DNA of 64,000 nt from Mobula hypostoma (lineage: Eukaryota), in the NCBI RefSeq assembly GCF_963921235.1, contig NC_086097.1, forward strand, positions 232,874,001 through 232,938,000, in the 5' to 3' direction. Made by a program: the position numbers and the translations under genes. The notes under the pieces are model-generated. The model ran no database searches. It was not told the DNA's origin and saw nothing but the letters and a program-made list of their open reading frames with translations. This document shows positions 12,236 through 25,299 of the stretch, piece after piece; within the stretch, counting starts at the first letter, position 1; every line of letters starts with the position of its first letter.

Positions 12236-13002
12236 CTCCCATTGTACAAGATACAATGTACAATCAGCCTAACAAAAGCATGGTAGAGTTTATAGATGCA
12301 CAAAAACAAAAGCCTGGTGCATACAAAACGAGACTAAATAGATATATGAAATGCACCAGACGAAGAAAATAGAAGAAAACAGAATTATCAGTTCAGAAAC
12401 AATGAAAAAGGTTTATATGGGACTTTGAAACTAAATTTGATTCTCCAAAATGTCATCAACCTCGGCACAGAATTACCAAAAAACACACAGAGGTAATGAA
12501 CCTTTGGTCTAATACTTGGTCTAATAGGGTGATGCATAATCAAGGGGCTAGCTGGATTAGGGAGGAAAAATAATGCACACACTCGATTGAAGAAATGCAA
12601 GTTCTTGTTACAATGGATATGCTGAAAGAGGTTATAAAAATAACCACAACTAGGAAAGTACAGGAAGTGATAATATTCATAACTATTGGTATAAAAATTC
12701 ACTTGCCTTCTCCTGTGTCAATTAATGCATATCAACAATTTTCTTAAAAATCCCCAAAAGGTGCCTGAATTTTTGACAGAAGGTGAAACATATCCTTTAC
12801 CTAAAGGAGAAATCACAAAAAATCCACCAAAATATCGTCCTATTATTTGTTTACAAACTATATACAAAATTGTGACAGCATGCATCTCGCAACTAATCAC
12901 CATTCACTTACATAACCAGAATATTCTTACAGAAGACCAGAAAGGATGCCGAAAGGGTATGAAATGATGCAAGGAACAACTGATAATAGATTCTGTAATT
13001 CT

Positions 13003-13744
13003 TTCTTTCTTTTTAAATCTTTTTATTGAGTAAGTATACAAAAAAGGTAAGCCATATAAACATTAATACAATGTTAAAGTATAATAAAATTCCAAAAGAT
13101 AACAATACCAAAAAGAAAATACTACAAACAATGTAATTTAAGCATAAGAAACCAAAATAACATAATAGTATACTAGATTTTATATATATCAATGGAAAAA
13201 AAGAAAAAAACCCCCCCAAAAAAAAACCCACCGTGTAACTAACTAAAAGCAAAGCAAAGCAATGGGCTAACTTGAAACCAAACAGAGTTAAACTTAAAAT
13301 CACGTCCTCAATCCCGACCTCCATTAAAACAGTGAAAAAAAAAACAAGAAGGGTAAATATTACATTAAGTGAAAATATCGAATAAAAGGTCCCCAAATCT
13401 GTTCAAATTTAAATGAAGAATCATGAAGGTTACTTCTAATTTTCTCCAGATTCAAACATAAAATCGTCTGAGAAAACCAAAAAAAGGTAGTTGGAGCATT
13501 AAGCTCTTTCCAATGTTGTAAAATACATCTTTTCGCCATTAAAGTAAGAAATGCAATCATTCTACGGGCTGAAGGGGAAAGATTACTAGAAATTTTAGGT
13601 AGTCCAAAGATAGCAGTAATAGGGTGAGGAGAGATATCTATATTTAATACCTTAGAAATAATATTGAAAATATCTCTCCAAAAAGTTTCCAAAGTAGGGC
13701 AAGACCAAAACATATGAGTTAAAGAGGCTATCTGCCCCGAACAT
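13003..13744 (-). mobile_element. 5'-truncated L1-clade insertion
   Basis: 14-bp TSD gattctgtaattct (12989-13002, 13745-13758); ORF2 C-terminus ASLTHMFWSCP; AATAAA plus (aaag)n tail; same family as 41868-49484. Confidence 0.9.
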
Positions 13745-16202
13745 GATTCTGTAATTCTAAAAACAGGCCTGGCAGAAAAGCAGAAATCTTTCACGTTGTT
13801 ATACTGACTACCAAAAGGCATTTGACTGCGTCTCATACTCATGGTTAATAGAAATTTTTAATATATATACATTACAATCAATACCTGTGAAATTCCTGCA
13901 ACATCTGATAAATTATTGGTGTACTGTAATCATCACATCCATTAACAACCAAAATAAACCGAGGCATTTTCCAAGGCAACTATGGTACTGTGTAGCTTTA
14001 AATCCATTCTCTAATTTACTGAATTGGTCAGAATGAGCTATCATTAAAGCAGGAATCATCACTCAACACAAGCACATGCAATTCTCGTAAGAAGTGTACA
14101 CAACTAAACTTAAATGAGACCGCAACCCAGTAAAATGAAGGCATTATCACCATTGAAGAAAAAGTTAATCAGCGGAAGAGCATCCCCATGATCTGAGCAG
14201 ACTAGATGTCAACAAGGAAGTATCGAACGCCAGGCTCGGAGTTGGAAACCTCTTCCCAGAAACAGAAGGGTTCCTTGTGGCAATAGAGGACTAGCTGGCT
14301 AACACAAAAATTATTAAAAATATACAATAAAAGACCAACAAATTCAAGATGATAAATGGAGAAAAGCCGAGAAAAACGGAAACAATCCAACACATTACAG
14401 GATCCTGTAGCAGTTTAACACAATCTGATTACTTACACAGGTACAATGAAATGGCAAACATCATTCATCATAATCTTGCTTTAAAATACAAACTCTTCAA
14501 TGAAATCACACCTTACTATAAATACAAGCCTGCCTGATCCAGTTTTAGAATCAGAATCCCACAAATTATATTATGACCCATCAGTTATTACAGATAGGAC
14601 AATCCAGAATAACAGTCTGGATATAATAATATGGGATTAACAAGTGAGAACACCTTATTTAATAGATATAGCATTTCCAAATACACATAACTTACAGAAA
14701 GCAATGTGAAAAACACCAGAAGTATGCTGAATTAAAAGAGGAAATTGAAAGACTTTGGAACATGAACAAGGTATCCATTGTCCCAATAGTAATATCTACA
14801 ACTAGTGTCATCCCAAAGGCACCACACAATAGCATTAACAATTAGGGCTACACAGTAATATCTATGTAAATCTGCAGAAAGCATTAATACTAAACACCAC
14901 TAGAATAGTCAAAAAATTCCTAGCTATTGACAAATGATTGTGCTTGGCTATGTCCACACCTTAAGTTTTACCAGCTTGAGCTGAGAAAAAAAATTGAAAT
15001 AATAATAAATAAAAAATTAATATTGAGAATATAAGATGAAGACTCTTTGAAAGTGAGTCTATGGGTTGTGAGTACAGTTCAGTGATGGGTCAAATGAAGT
15101 TGAATGAAGTTATTCCCACGAGTTCAAGAGCCTGATGGTTGAGCAGTAATAACTGTTCCTGAACCTGGCAGTACGAGTCCTGAGGCTTCTGTACTACCTT
15201 CCTGATGGGAGCAGTGAGAAGAGAGAATATAAGAAAATAAGGACATAAGAAATAGGAACAGGAGTCGGCTGCCTGGCCCGTTGAGCCTGCTCCGTCATTC
15301 AATAAGATCATGGCGGATCTTGGCCATGGACTCATCTCCACCTACCTGCCTTTTCCCCATAGCCCTCAATTCCTCTACTATGCAAAAATCTATCCAATGT
15401 TGTCTTAAATCTATTCACTGAGATAGCCTTCACTGCTTCATTGGGCAGAGCATGTCGTGGATGGTGGGGGTCCTTGATGATGGATGCTGCTTTGTGCGAC
15501 AGCACTCTGTGTGGATGTACTCAAAGGTGGGAAGGGCTTTATGCATGGTGAACTATTGCAGAATGTGGAGTTCTCCTAAGAGGCGCATTTAAAGTCAAGG
15601 TCAATGTCAAAGTTAAAGATTCCCTGACTAATTTAACCATGACAACAAAATAATACATTAACATTCCCCAGTAAAGATTTTTCACACTTGAACACAAACA
15701 AAAGCCTCTTTGGAGCTGTATTTAGTTATCACTGTGGGCCTGGTGGGAATTAAAATGATTTTATCCACTGCTGCACAGTCCTAATTAAAATTTTGACATT
15801 TTAAATTAGATTTTTATCAGCAGCATGTGCCTGAGACTGGTAAATGCCTCCAAGACTAGTGGACAAGCTAAGAAAAACACTACCATATGCTTTAAATTTA
15901 GCAATAATAACCTACACAAACTGTAATGATTCTGGTAATTACAATGAAAGCTTGCAAAATGCAACTTGGAATTCACGGAGTTTGTCTTAGCCTGTAGTTA
16001 GAAGCAGCTTGCTGCTGAGAAGCCGAATTCATCTTTAAAAACTATCTCAAACTGTACTCCCTTCAAGCTGATTTCCCCATTGGAAACAGATTGATAAATC
16101 TACCCTTTAACTTCGTTTTGCGTGTAAATGTTGAAAATGGAGATGCGCAAGCTATGGAATTGTAGTGAACATGTACATCCAGAATTCCTCTCAGCTGGCT
16201 AT

Positions 16203-16535
16203 ACCTTGCAATGGTGGACAGGCCTTTGACTTCTTGAGATCCCGAGAATGATGATGCCATCCAGACTTCAACCATCTGCTGCTTAGCTCCTGGTAGGGTC
16301 ACTCATGGGGATAAGGTCAAGGGGGAAGTTCCAGACAAGGAGCGATCTAACCCAGACCTCGATGGTGGGGCTGGCAGAAGATGATGACACATCACAATGG
16401 CAGTGGAAGTAGAAGAAGGCTGCAGTAGTGAAGGGTCCCAAGTTGTCTTGTAGCGAACCTGACCCCAATCTATCAAGTTCCGCATGGTGGTTACCCATGC
16501 ATCATGCTCCCCAGATTAAACAAAGTTACACACAG
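16203..16535 (+). mobile_element. Third, more degenerate copy of the RTE-type non-autonomous element
   Basis: accttgcaatggtggacagg..gagatcccgaga..gctcctggtagggtcactcatgg..ggtcaaggg..gacaaggagcgatc. Confidence 0.65.
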
Positions 16536-16639
16536 CTGAACTCCATTAGGGAATCCAGCTTAATATCCCAGACATATAGCCTCTATGGTCACCTGAGAAC
16601 CCCCCAATAGACAGCTGCTTTGGAGAACATCCTGTCAAA

Positions 16640-16985
16640 ATTCCAGTAATGCCCCCCACCACCACTCTCCTTCACCATTTCCCATCCCCTTTTCCCTCTC
16701 TCATCTTATCTCCTTGCTCTGGTGCTCCTCCCCCCTTTTCTTTCTTCCATGGCCTTTTGTCTCTTTCACCAATCAAATTCCCAGCTCTTTAATTCATCCC
16801 TCCCCCCTTCAGGTTTCATCTATCACCTTGTGTTTCTCTCCCCCCTCCCCCACCCTTTTAAATCTACTCCTCAGCTTTTTTCTCCAGTCCTGCTGAAGAG
16901 TCTCGGCCTGGAACATCGACTGTTTACTCTTTTCCACAGCTGCTCTCTGGCCTGCCAGTTCCTCTAGCGTTTTGTGTGTGCTGCT
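16640..16985 (+). mobile_element. PLE 3' fragment, hammerhead core decayed
   Basis: Pyrimidine-rich 3' UTR followed by cagtc ctgctga..ggaacatcgactg. Confidence 0.75.
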
Positions 16986-17097
16986 TAGAGAACATCATAC
17001 TCGACTTGATTGATTCCACTAACATCCAGAAGATTGACCCATCTTGGTATTCTTCTGGAATCCGCACCATCACAGAAGCAAGTTTCCAGCCAAATCA

Positions 17098-17285
17098 CTT
17101 TATTTTTTTATTTGGAGATACAACACAGTAAAAGGCACTTCTGGACCAATGATGCTGGGCTGTCTAATTACACCCATGTGACCAATTAACATAATAACCC
17201 TGAGGAATGTGGGAGGAATCTGGAGCACCCAGAGGAAACCCACACAGTCTGAGGAAGAACATACAAACTCCTCACAGATAGTAAC
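17098..17285 (-). mobile_element. V-SINE/HE1-like SINE fragment
   Basis: Reverse complement of the V-domain and tail seen at 5745-5930. Confidence 0.65.
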
Positions 17286-17655
17286 AAACACTGGACAAAA
17301 TCACTAGTAGCTTACAATTGAGCACCAAACCTCAGTTCAGGTGCTCCTTAAATGCTCCATCCTTGGTGCTCAAAACATTATTGTCAATTGGTGGGACTGT
17401 CCTGAATCTTTAAAGGGGTCACACCAGCTATCCATACTCTGGGGAGTTAGAGAGTCTAAACCTCAGAAGCTGGCACAGATGGGTGCGTGTCGTAACATTG
17501 GGAGAATGGACAAAGAAGTGGTAAATGGAACATTGTGTAGGCAGGTGTATGGTAATGTACTTTGGTCGAAGGAATAAAGGCATGGTCTATTTTCTAAATG
17601 GGGAGAAAATTCAGAAAGCAGAGGTGCAAGGGGACTTGGTAGTCCTCGTGTACTT

Positions 17656-18355
17656 CTACATATTGGCAAGACCTGACGCAGACTGGGAGACTGTTTCGCT
17701 GAACACCTACGCTCTGTCCGCCAGAGAAAGCAGGATCTCCCAGTGGCCACACATTTCAATTCCACGTCCCACTCCCATTCTGATATGTCCATCCACGGCC
17801 TCCTCTACTGTCAAGATGAAGCCACACTCAAGTTGGAGGAACAACACCTTATATTCCGTCTGGGTAGCCTCCAACCTGATGGCATGAACATTGACTTCTC
17901 TAACTTCTGTTAATGCCCCTCCTCCCCTTCTTACCCCATCCCTTATTTATTTATTTATTTATTAATTTTTTTCCCCCTTTCTTTCTCTCTCTTTTTTGTT
18001 CCTCTGTCCCTCTCACTATATCTTCCTCTGATGCTCCCCTCCCCTTTTCCTCCTCCCTAGGCCTCCCGTCCCATGATCCTCTCCCTTCTCCAGCCTTGTA
18101 TCTTCTTGCCAATCACCTGTCCAGCTCTTGGCTCCATCCCTCCCCCTCCTGTCTTCTCCTATCATTTTGGATCTCCCCCTCCCCCTCCCACTTTCAAATC
18201 TCTTACTAGCTCTTCTTTCAGTTAGTCCTGATGAAGGGTCTCGACCTGAAACGTCGACTGTACCTCTTTCTATAGATGCTGCCTGGCCTGCTGTGTTCCG
18301 CCGGCATTTTGAGTGTGTTGCTTGAATTTCCAGCATCTGCAGATTTCCTTGTGTT
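17656..18355 (+). mobile_element. PLE 3' fragment with GIY-YIG C-terminal half
   Basis: FYIGKT*RRLGDCFAEHLR...; flanked by the 11-bp direct repeat ctcgtgtactt (17645-17655, 18356-18366). Confidence 0.85.
18223..18260 (+). ncRNA. Minimal type I hammerhead ribozyme, best-preserved copy
   Basis: UAGUC CUGAUGA AGG-gucucga-CCU GAAA C GUC^ GACUG: full core, stems I and II, loopless palindromic stem III (ACGU); predicted cleavage after 18255. Confidence 0.8.
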
Positions 18356-19394
18356 CTCGTGTACTTGTGTAGGGTTTCCTAGAGATTAACTTGCAGGTTG
18401 AGTTAGTCTTAAGGAAGCCAAATACAATATTGACATTCATGTTGAGAGAACAAGAATATAAAAGCATAGGTACAATGCTGAGTCTTTATAAGGCATTGGT
18501 CAAATCACACTTGGAGTATTGTGAGCAGCTTTTGGGCTTCTTATCTCAGAAAAGATGTGCTGGCATTGGAAATGGTCCAGAGGAAGTTTTTGAGAATGTT
18601 CCCAGGAATGAAAGGTTTAACATATGAGGAGTGTTTGATGGCTCTGTGTCTGTACTCACTGAAGTTTAGAGGAATGGGCAGAACCTCAGTGAGACCGCAC
18701 TTCGGGTAAGGTGGCAGTGAGCCTGATTGCAGTGACCTCTTGGATTCCAACCAAAGGTGTTCTTGTTTTTTTAAGCATCTTTTTTATGATCACAAAAGAA
18801 TGCTGAACTTTAGGAGCTTTGGATACTCCAGGTCTATCCCCATCTAAGAGATGTTTGTTGGCGGAGGAGCTGAAGGAGCTGGACTTGATGGAGACTGTGT
18901 TGCTGCCTGCAACAGGAAGGCATCAAATGCCTGATCTCAGACATTGGCTGCGGATTTTTGGGAGATCAATCACATCAACATCACCACCATCTACATCCTG
19001 GGAATCACCTTTTATTTGAATCTCAACAGGGCCTACTATATCAGGTCCATAGACTACAAGGACAGTTAGAGGTTGGGTCTCCTGCAAGAAGGTGGCATAC
19101 ATCTTGAAACTTCAATGTCTTCTCACACATGTTCATGGTGTGATGGAATAATCTGCACTTGACAACATCAACAACTCTCAATGTGCTTGCTACCATCTAG
19201 GACAAAGCGGCCTGCGTCACTGGTACACCTTGCATGACTCTGGACATTCACTCTTTCCATCCCCAGTAAAATGCTCTGTGGTTCCTCACCCAGGTTACAC
19301 TGCCAGCACCTTCTAAATCTGTGATTTAAGAATATGGAACATCACCATCTGCAGGTTGGTGAGGACTAAATGGAAGTCCAATACATTTAAATTC

Positions 19395-19935
19395 ATGAAG
19401 TATTCTCTCATTCTTCTGAATTCTAGTGGATACAAGTGCAGAGCCACCAAACGGTTTTCATATGACAAGCCATTCAATCCTGGAATCATTTTCATGAACC
19501 TCTATTGAACCCTCTCCAGTTTCAGCACATCCTTTTAAAGGTAAGGGCCCAAATCAGCTCATAATACTACAAGTGAGGCCTCAACTTTATATCCTTGCTT
19601 TTATATTCTAACCCTCTTGAAATGAATGTTAACATCACATTTGTCTTCCTCACCATAGTCTCAACCTGCAAATTAACCTTTAGGGATCCTGCACAAGGAC
19701 TTCCAAATCCCTTTGCGCCCAGATTTTTCTAATTTTTCTCCAGTTAGAAAACAGTTAACCCTTTCACTTCTTCTCCCAAAATGCATGACCATTCACTTGT
19801 CGACACTGTATTCCACCTGCCACTTCTTTGCCCATTCTCCTAATCTGCCTGAGTCCTTCCATAGCCTCTCTATTTCCTTAAAATCTTCCCCTCCACCTAT
19901 CTTCATATCATCTGTAAACTTTGCAACAAAGATGT
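19395..19935 (-). mobile_element. CR1 fragment
   Basis: MIPGLNGLSYENRLVALHLYPLEFRRMR and RT C-terminal remnants. Confidence 0.8.
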
Positions 19936-20756
19936 GTTGTATTATTCTACATCCAATGTAACTGATTAATCAGTTACTGATTGGCTTGCTCCTGTGACCC
20001 CAGCTATAACTGAAGACAGGAAGGCAGTCCTGATGCAAGAATTCTCTCTGTATGATACCAAAAAGCAGTTGGATATAATTAATGCACAAATTTACATACT
20101 CACCAAACTTCCTGCTGTTATAGTTCTCAAAAACCAGTTGTCTCTTGAGGCAAATTATCTAGTGAAGGTAAAACATTAACTGACAATGTGAATAGTTGTC
20201 CATTTGGCACTGTTTCACAAAAACACGCATAATAAATCCTAGCTAACTAATTGCTGCTGCTCTAGCCACCTTTCAGTCTTAACAAGATGATGCAGAGTGG
20301 TATCAAACGCCTTTCATCAATAACTTGATTACTGTTACTTAAGCACACGGAGTTTTGGCAGTACAAACCCACTCTTAGCTCATTACAGTCTGGGTCCAAA
20401 TATAGAACAAAGTATTTTAATTTCATAGGTAAATTGAGAGTATTTGATCGAACGTGATAACAGTCCCGGTGAAATTGAAGTCAATGAGATTTCAAGGGGA
20501 AAGCCTTTGCCAACGAGAAAGGCAAACAACGGTGCTCAGGAATATGAAACAATAACACAAAATTCTGGAGCTGCAAGTTAATATAGTTATTGATTCAGGT
20601 CTATGGTTTTCTCCCACAGTCCAAAGACGTACTGCTTAGTGGGTTAATTAGTAAGTTATCCTGCGATTATTCTGGGGTGAAATAGGTGGCTAGTTGCGAG
20701 GATCCTTGGACTAGAAGGGTCTGTTCTATGCTGTATCTCTAAATAAATACGTCTAT

Positions 20757-21256
20757 TCTTTCTTTTTCTTTTTAAATCTTTTTATTGAATTAGTACACAA
20801 AAGGTAAAAGATATAGCAACCAATACATTGTTAAGATATAAATATACAAGTAATATTAATACAAAAAAAATGCAAATAATGTAAACAACAGGAATTCTGC
20901 AGATGCTGGAAATTCAAGCAACACACATCAAAGTTGCTGGTGAACGCAGCAGGCCAGGCAGCATCTATAGGAAGAGGCGCAGTCGACGTTTCAGGCCGAG
21001 ACCCTTCTTCCTGACGAAGGGTCTCGGCCTGAAACGTCGACTGCGCCTCTTCCTATAGATGCTGCCTGGCCTGCTGCGTTCACCAGCAACTTTGATGTGT
21101 GTTGCAAACAATGTAAGTTAGTTATAAAATAACATGGTAATATAACTGCATACTGATTTTCCATATATATCAATAGAACGAGAAAAAAACCCAGAAAAAA
21201 ACCCCCAAAAAAAACCTACTGTGCAACTAACCTACAAAGCAAAGCAATGGGCTAAC
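20757..21256 (-). mobile_element. L1-clade 3' UTR fragment interrupted by an inverted PLE insertion
   Basis: Collinear with 13003-13270 on both sides of the insertion. Confidence 0.8.
20918..21105. repeat. Perfect 90-bp inverted repeat (arms 20918-21007 and 21016-21105, 8-nt spacer) made of PLE ends
   Basis: Arms compared base by base; right arm carries CUGACGA..GAAACGUC; flanking near-direct repeat tgcaaa(t/c)aatgtaa at 20871-20884 and 21103-21116. Confidence 0.95.
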
Positions 21257-21739
21257 AATATGTCTATTAACATCAAAGACCATAGACCAGTACAGCACAG
21301 GAGCAGTCTATTTGGCCCATGAAGTCAGGGGAATGTCCGAGACCTAGCCATCTTCAGCTGTTTACCAAAGAAATGCACTCAACTAGTGATCAGATGTAGA
21401 AAAGGTTTGCTGACACATGCAGAATATTCCTTTACATGTCTGGCTCCTGAAATAATGAAGAAATCTGTGCCCCCATGCAGCAAAATTTGGACAACATTCA
21501 GCTGTGGGAGGATAAATGGCTGGTAGGCCTTGTCCTGCTATACAAGTGACCTTTAATGACTACCTCCAATAGGGAGTGCTGACCTGCCTCAGCCAGATTA
21601 AGCAGCAAACCTTTCCATTTTAACATCCTGGCACCACTGTTGTGAAAGTTAACTGTGAGCAGCCTGTACTACAACACTACAACATTGCATCACTGGATGC
21701 TAAAGATTTTACTCCAGTTAATGCTCCAGTTCTGGGGAT

Positions 21740-21900
21740 TTCCTCCTTCCTTCCATTCCAGTCCAAATGAAAGGCCTCAGCCCCAAAACGTCAACTGTTT
21801 ATTTATTTTCATAGATGCTGCCTGAGCTGCTGAGTTCCTCCAGCATTTTGTGTGTGTTATTCTGGATTTCCAGCATCCGAAGAATCCCTTGTGTTTATAA
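21740..21900 (+). mobile_element. Degenerate PLE end
   Basis: cagtccaaatgaaagg..aaaacgtcaactg..gatgctgcctgagctgctgagttcctccagc. Confidence 0.7.
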
Positions 21901-22504
21901 TGCTCCAGTCAACTACATTAGAAGGGCAGATGCACGTGTACTGTTGTGGGTGAGTTGCCACCTGATACGTTGCTTCGTACAACAAACCGAAGGCCTGAGA
22001 ACACTCACCAGCGGGTCTCAAACATGAGCCGGAGGTCCGATGGAAGTCGGAGGCCCAGTGCCTGCTAGCCTGGGCCAGGAGCTGCAAGTCGGAGGCTAAG
22101 AGGCAGCCAGTCCAGGGGCTGGAGGCCAGTCTGCGTGTGTGAGTGGGTGGTAGGTGGGTGAGAGAGAGGAAAGGGGCTTGTTTTTTTTTGTTGTTGCTTG
22201 TGTCATTCTGAACATGGTCGGCATGATGTGTTGGGCTGGAGGATACGGCAACATTTGCGGGCTGCCCCCAGCACATCCTCAGGCTTTGTTGGTTGTTTAT
22301 GGAATAAATAAGTAATAAATAAGTCTGAATCAGAACCATCAGACGGAATAACAGCTGTTATGCTTCAGACTCCTGAACAGATCCCTCAGACACTGAAGAA
22401 AGAACTCCTGAGCTCCTGATCTACCTCGTTGTGGTCCTTGCATTTAGTTGTCTACGAGCACTACACTTTCTCTGTAAATGTACCACTATATTATACCATA
22501 AGGG

Positions 22505-25150
22505 CATTAGACCATAAAACATCAGAGTAGAATTAGGCCCATCGGAGCTGCTGCACTATTTCATCCCCCTCTAGGATGCTCCTTTATTCTGAGGCTGTGT
22601 GCTCTGGCCTTAGACTCTCCCACCATAGGAAATACCCTCTCTACATCCACTGTATCAAGGCCTTTCACCATTCAATAGGTCTCAATGAGGTCACCCCTCA
22701 TTCACCTGAATTCCAGTGAATACAGGCCCAGGGCCATCAAACACTCTTCATATGACAAGTCATTCAACCGCAGAATCATTTTTGTGAACCTTTTTTGAAC
22801 CTTCTCCAGTTTCGTCACATCCGTTCTAAGATAAGGGGCCCAAAACTGCTCACAATACTCCAACTGGGGCCTCAGTAGTACTTTATAACGTCTCAACATT
22901 ACATCCTTGCTTTTAATTCTTGAAATGAATACTAACATCACATTTGCCTTTCTCACCACAGACTTAGCCTACAAATTAACCTTTATGGAAACCTGCACAA
23001 GGATTCCCAAGTCCAATTGCACCTCATATTTTTGTATTTTCTCTCCTTTGTCTATCCCACTTGTTGTTTCTTCAAAGAATTCCTACAGATTTGTCAGGCA
23101 AGATTTTCCCTTGAGGAAGCCGTGCTGACTATGGCCTATTTTATCATGTTCCTCCAAGTACCCTGAAACCTTATTCTTAATGATCAACTCCAACATCTTC
23201 CCAACCACAGAGGACAGACTAACTGGCCTATAGTTTCCTTTCTTCTATCTCTGTCCCTTCTTGAAGAGTTGGAGACTTTGGAACCATACCAGAATCAAGT
23301 GATTCTTGAAAGATCGTTACTAATACCTCCACAATCTCTTCAGCCAGCTCTTTCAAAATCCTGGGGTGTACACCATTTGGTCAAGGTGACTTATCTACTT
23401 TCAGACCTTTCAGTTTCCCAAGAACCTTCTCTCTTGTAATGGTAACTGCACATACCTCATGATCCCTGTCTCCTGGAACTTCCATCATATGGTTAGTGTC
23501 TTCCACAGTGAAGACCGATGCAAAATACTTATTCAGTTTATCCACAATTTTCTTGTCTCCCATTTCTAGCCCTCCAGCACTGTTTCAAGCTGTCCGATAT
23601 TCACTCTTGCCTCTCTTTCATACTTTATGTATCTGAAGAAACTTTTGATATCCTCTTTAATGTTATTGGCTAGCTTACTTTTATTTTCCATCTTTACATT
23701 CTTAAAGAGATTTTTTAGTTGACCTCTGTTGTGTTTTAAAAGCTTCCAAATCCTCTAACTTCCCACCAATTTTTGATCTATCACATGCCCTCTCTTTGGC
23801 TTTTATGTTGGCTTTGACTTCTCCTGTTGGCCATAGTTGTGTCATCTTGCCTTTAGAATCCTCTTTGGGGTGTACATATCCTGAGCCTTCTGAATTGCTT
23901 CCAGAAATTCCAGGCACTGCTGTTCTGCCATCATCCCTGCCAGTGTTCTTTTCCAGTCAATTCTGGTCAGCTCCTCTCTTATGCCTCTGTAATTCCCACT
24001 ACTCCACTATAACACTGATACATCTGACTTCAGCTTCTCTTTTGCAAATTTTAGGGTGAATTCAATCATATCCTGATCACTTTCTCCAGAGGGTTCTTTT
24101 ACCTTAAGCTCTCTAATCAATTTTGGTTCATTGCACAACACCAATCCAGAATCGATGATCCCCTAGTGAGCTCAACCACGAGCTGCTCTAATAAGCCATC
24201 TCGTTGGCATTCTAAAAAATTCCTTCTCTTAGAATCCAGCACCAACCTGATTTTCACAATCTACCTGTGTATTGAAATCCCCCATGACTATTGTAACATC
24301 TTCAGCACTATCATTCCGGTTCCTTTATCCCTTCCAAATTAGTTTAAACCCTCCTGAATAACTCTAGCCAGCCTGCCCACAAGGATATTGGACGCCCTCT
24401 GGTTCGGTTGTAACTTTTGTACATTTGTACTTTCCCCAGAAGAGACCCCAAAGGCCCATAAATCTGAACCGCTGCCCCCTGCACCAGTTCCTCAGCCACA
24501 TATTCACCTGCCATATCATCCCATTTTTACCCTCACTGGCACACGGCACAGGCAGCTATCTACAGATTGCTAACCTGGAAGTCCTGTTTCTCAGACTTCT
24601 ACCTAGCTCCCTACAATCTCTCTTCAAGACCTCCTCACCTTGTCTACCTATGTCAACGGTACCAGTATGCATCCTTGAGAATATCATGGACACGATCCAA
24701 GATATCCCTCATTCTGGCACCAGGAGGCAACATACTATCTGGGTGTCTCTATCGTGCCCACAGAACCTTGTCTCTGTTCCTCTGACTAAGGAATCTCCTA
24801 TAAACACAGCAGTCCCTATGTCCTCTTTGCTCCTCTGAGCCTCAGCACCAGAATCAGTACCAGAGACCCGGTCACTGTGGCTGCCCTGCTGGTAGGTTGT
24901 CCTCAATAGTACCTAAAGTTATATACTTTTTACTGAGTGCAACGGCCGCAGGTGTACTCTGCGGTGGCTGTGTATTTCCCCTCCTTCTTCTGATTGTCAT
25001 CCATTTACCTGTCTCCTGCAATCTTGGGGTAAGTACCTTCTTGTAGCTCCTGTCCATCATCTTCTCATTATCCTGTGTGAATTGAAGGTCATCGAGCTGC
25101 AACTCCATTTCCTTAATATGTTCTCTGAGGAGCTGCAGCTCAGTACACAG
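22505..25150 (-). mobile_element. Long, internally deleted CR1 remnant including ORF1 esterase region
   Basis: ORF1: ELQLLREHIKEMELQLDDL coiled coil, VFIGDSLVRG (SGNH block I); ORF2: LNKYFASVFTVED, LLRPQLEYCEQFWAPY. Confidence 0.8.
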
Positions 25151-25299
25151 ACTTACCTCATCCCACACACTGTATTCTGCATTTAGCTTTTTCTTTTTGC
25201 TACTTTGATGTACTCTCTGCCTTGTGACCATGATAAACCATTTACAGCTCCAATTCCACCATCTACAAAGAACATCAGGAAGGTGATGGAATATGGTCC

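Larger units (their letters stand above)
11461..14992 (+). mobile_element. R4/Dong-like non-LTR retrotransposon remnant (restriction-like endonuclease type), itself interrupted
   Basis: RT motifs YRPIICLQTIYK, QKGCRKG..CKEQLIIDSVI, DYQKAFD; ETIQHITGSC..DYLHR.N; DII..IDIAFP..KYAELKEEIERLW..VPIVIST; many stops and frameshifts. Confidence 0.8.
11249..15560 (-). mobile_element. Rex1/Babar-like LINE 3' region (11249-11460 and ~15000-15560) split by nested insertions
   Basis: Both halves are collinear with 61358-61597 and 62000-62300; minus-strand aataaatt..(tttgaac)n tail; a CR1 3' tail is also inserted at ~15225-15450. Confidence 0.65.
17505..18680 (+). mobile_element. CR1 fragment split by a PLE insertion
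   Basis: VMYFGRRNKG..EVQGDLVVLV before the insertion; LYKALVKSHLEYC and MFPGMKGLTYEE after it. Confidence 0.8.
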
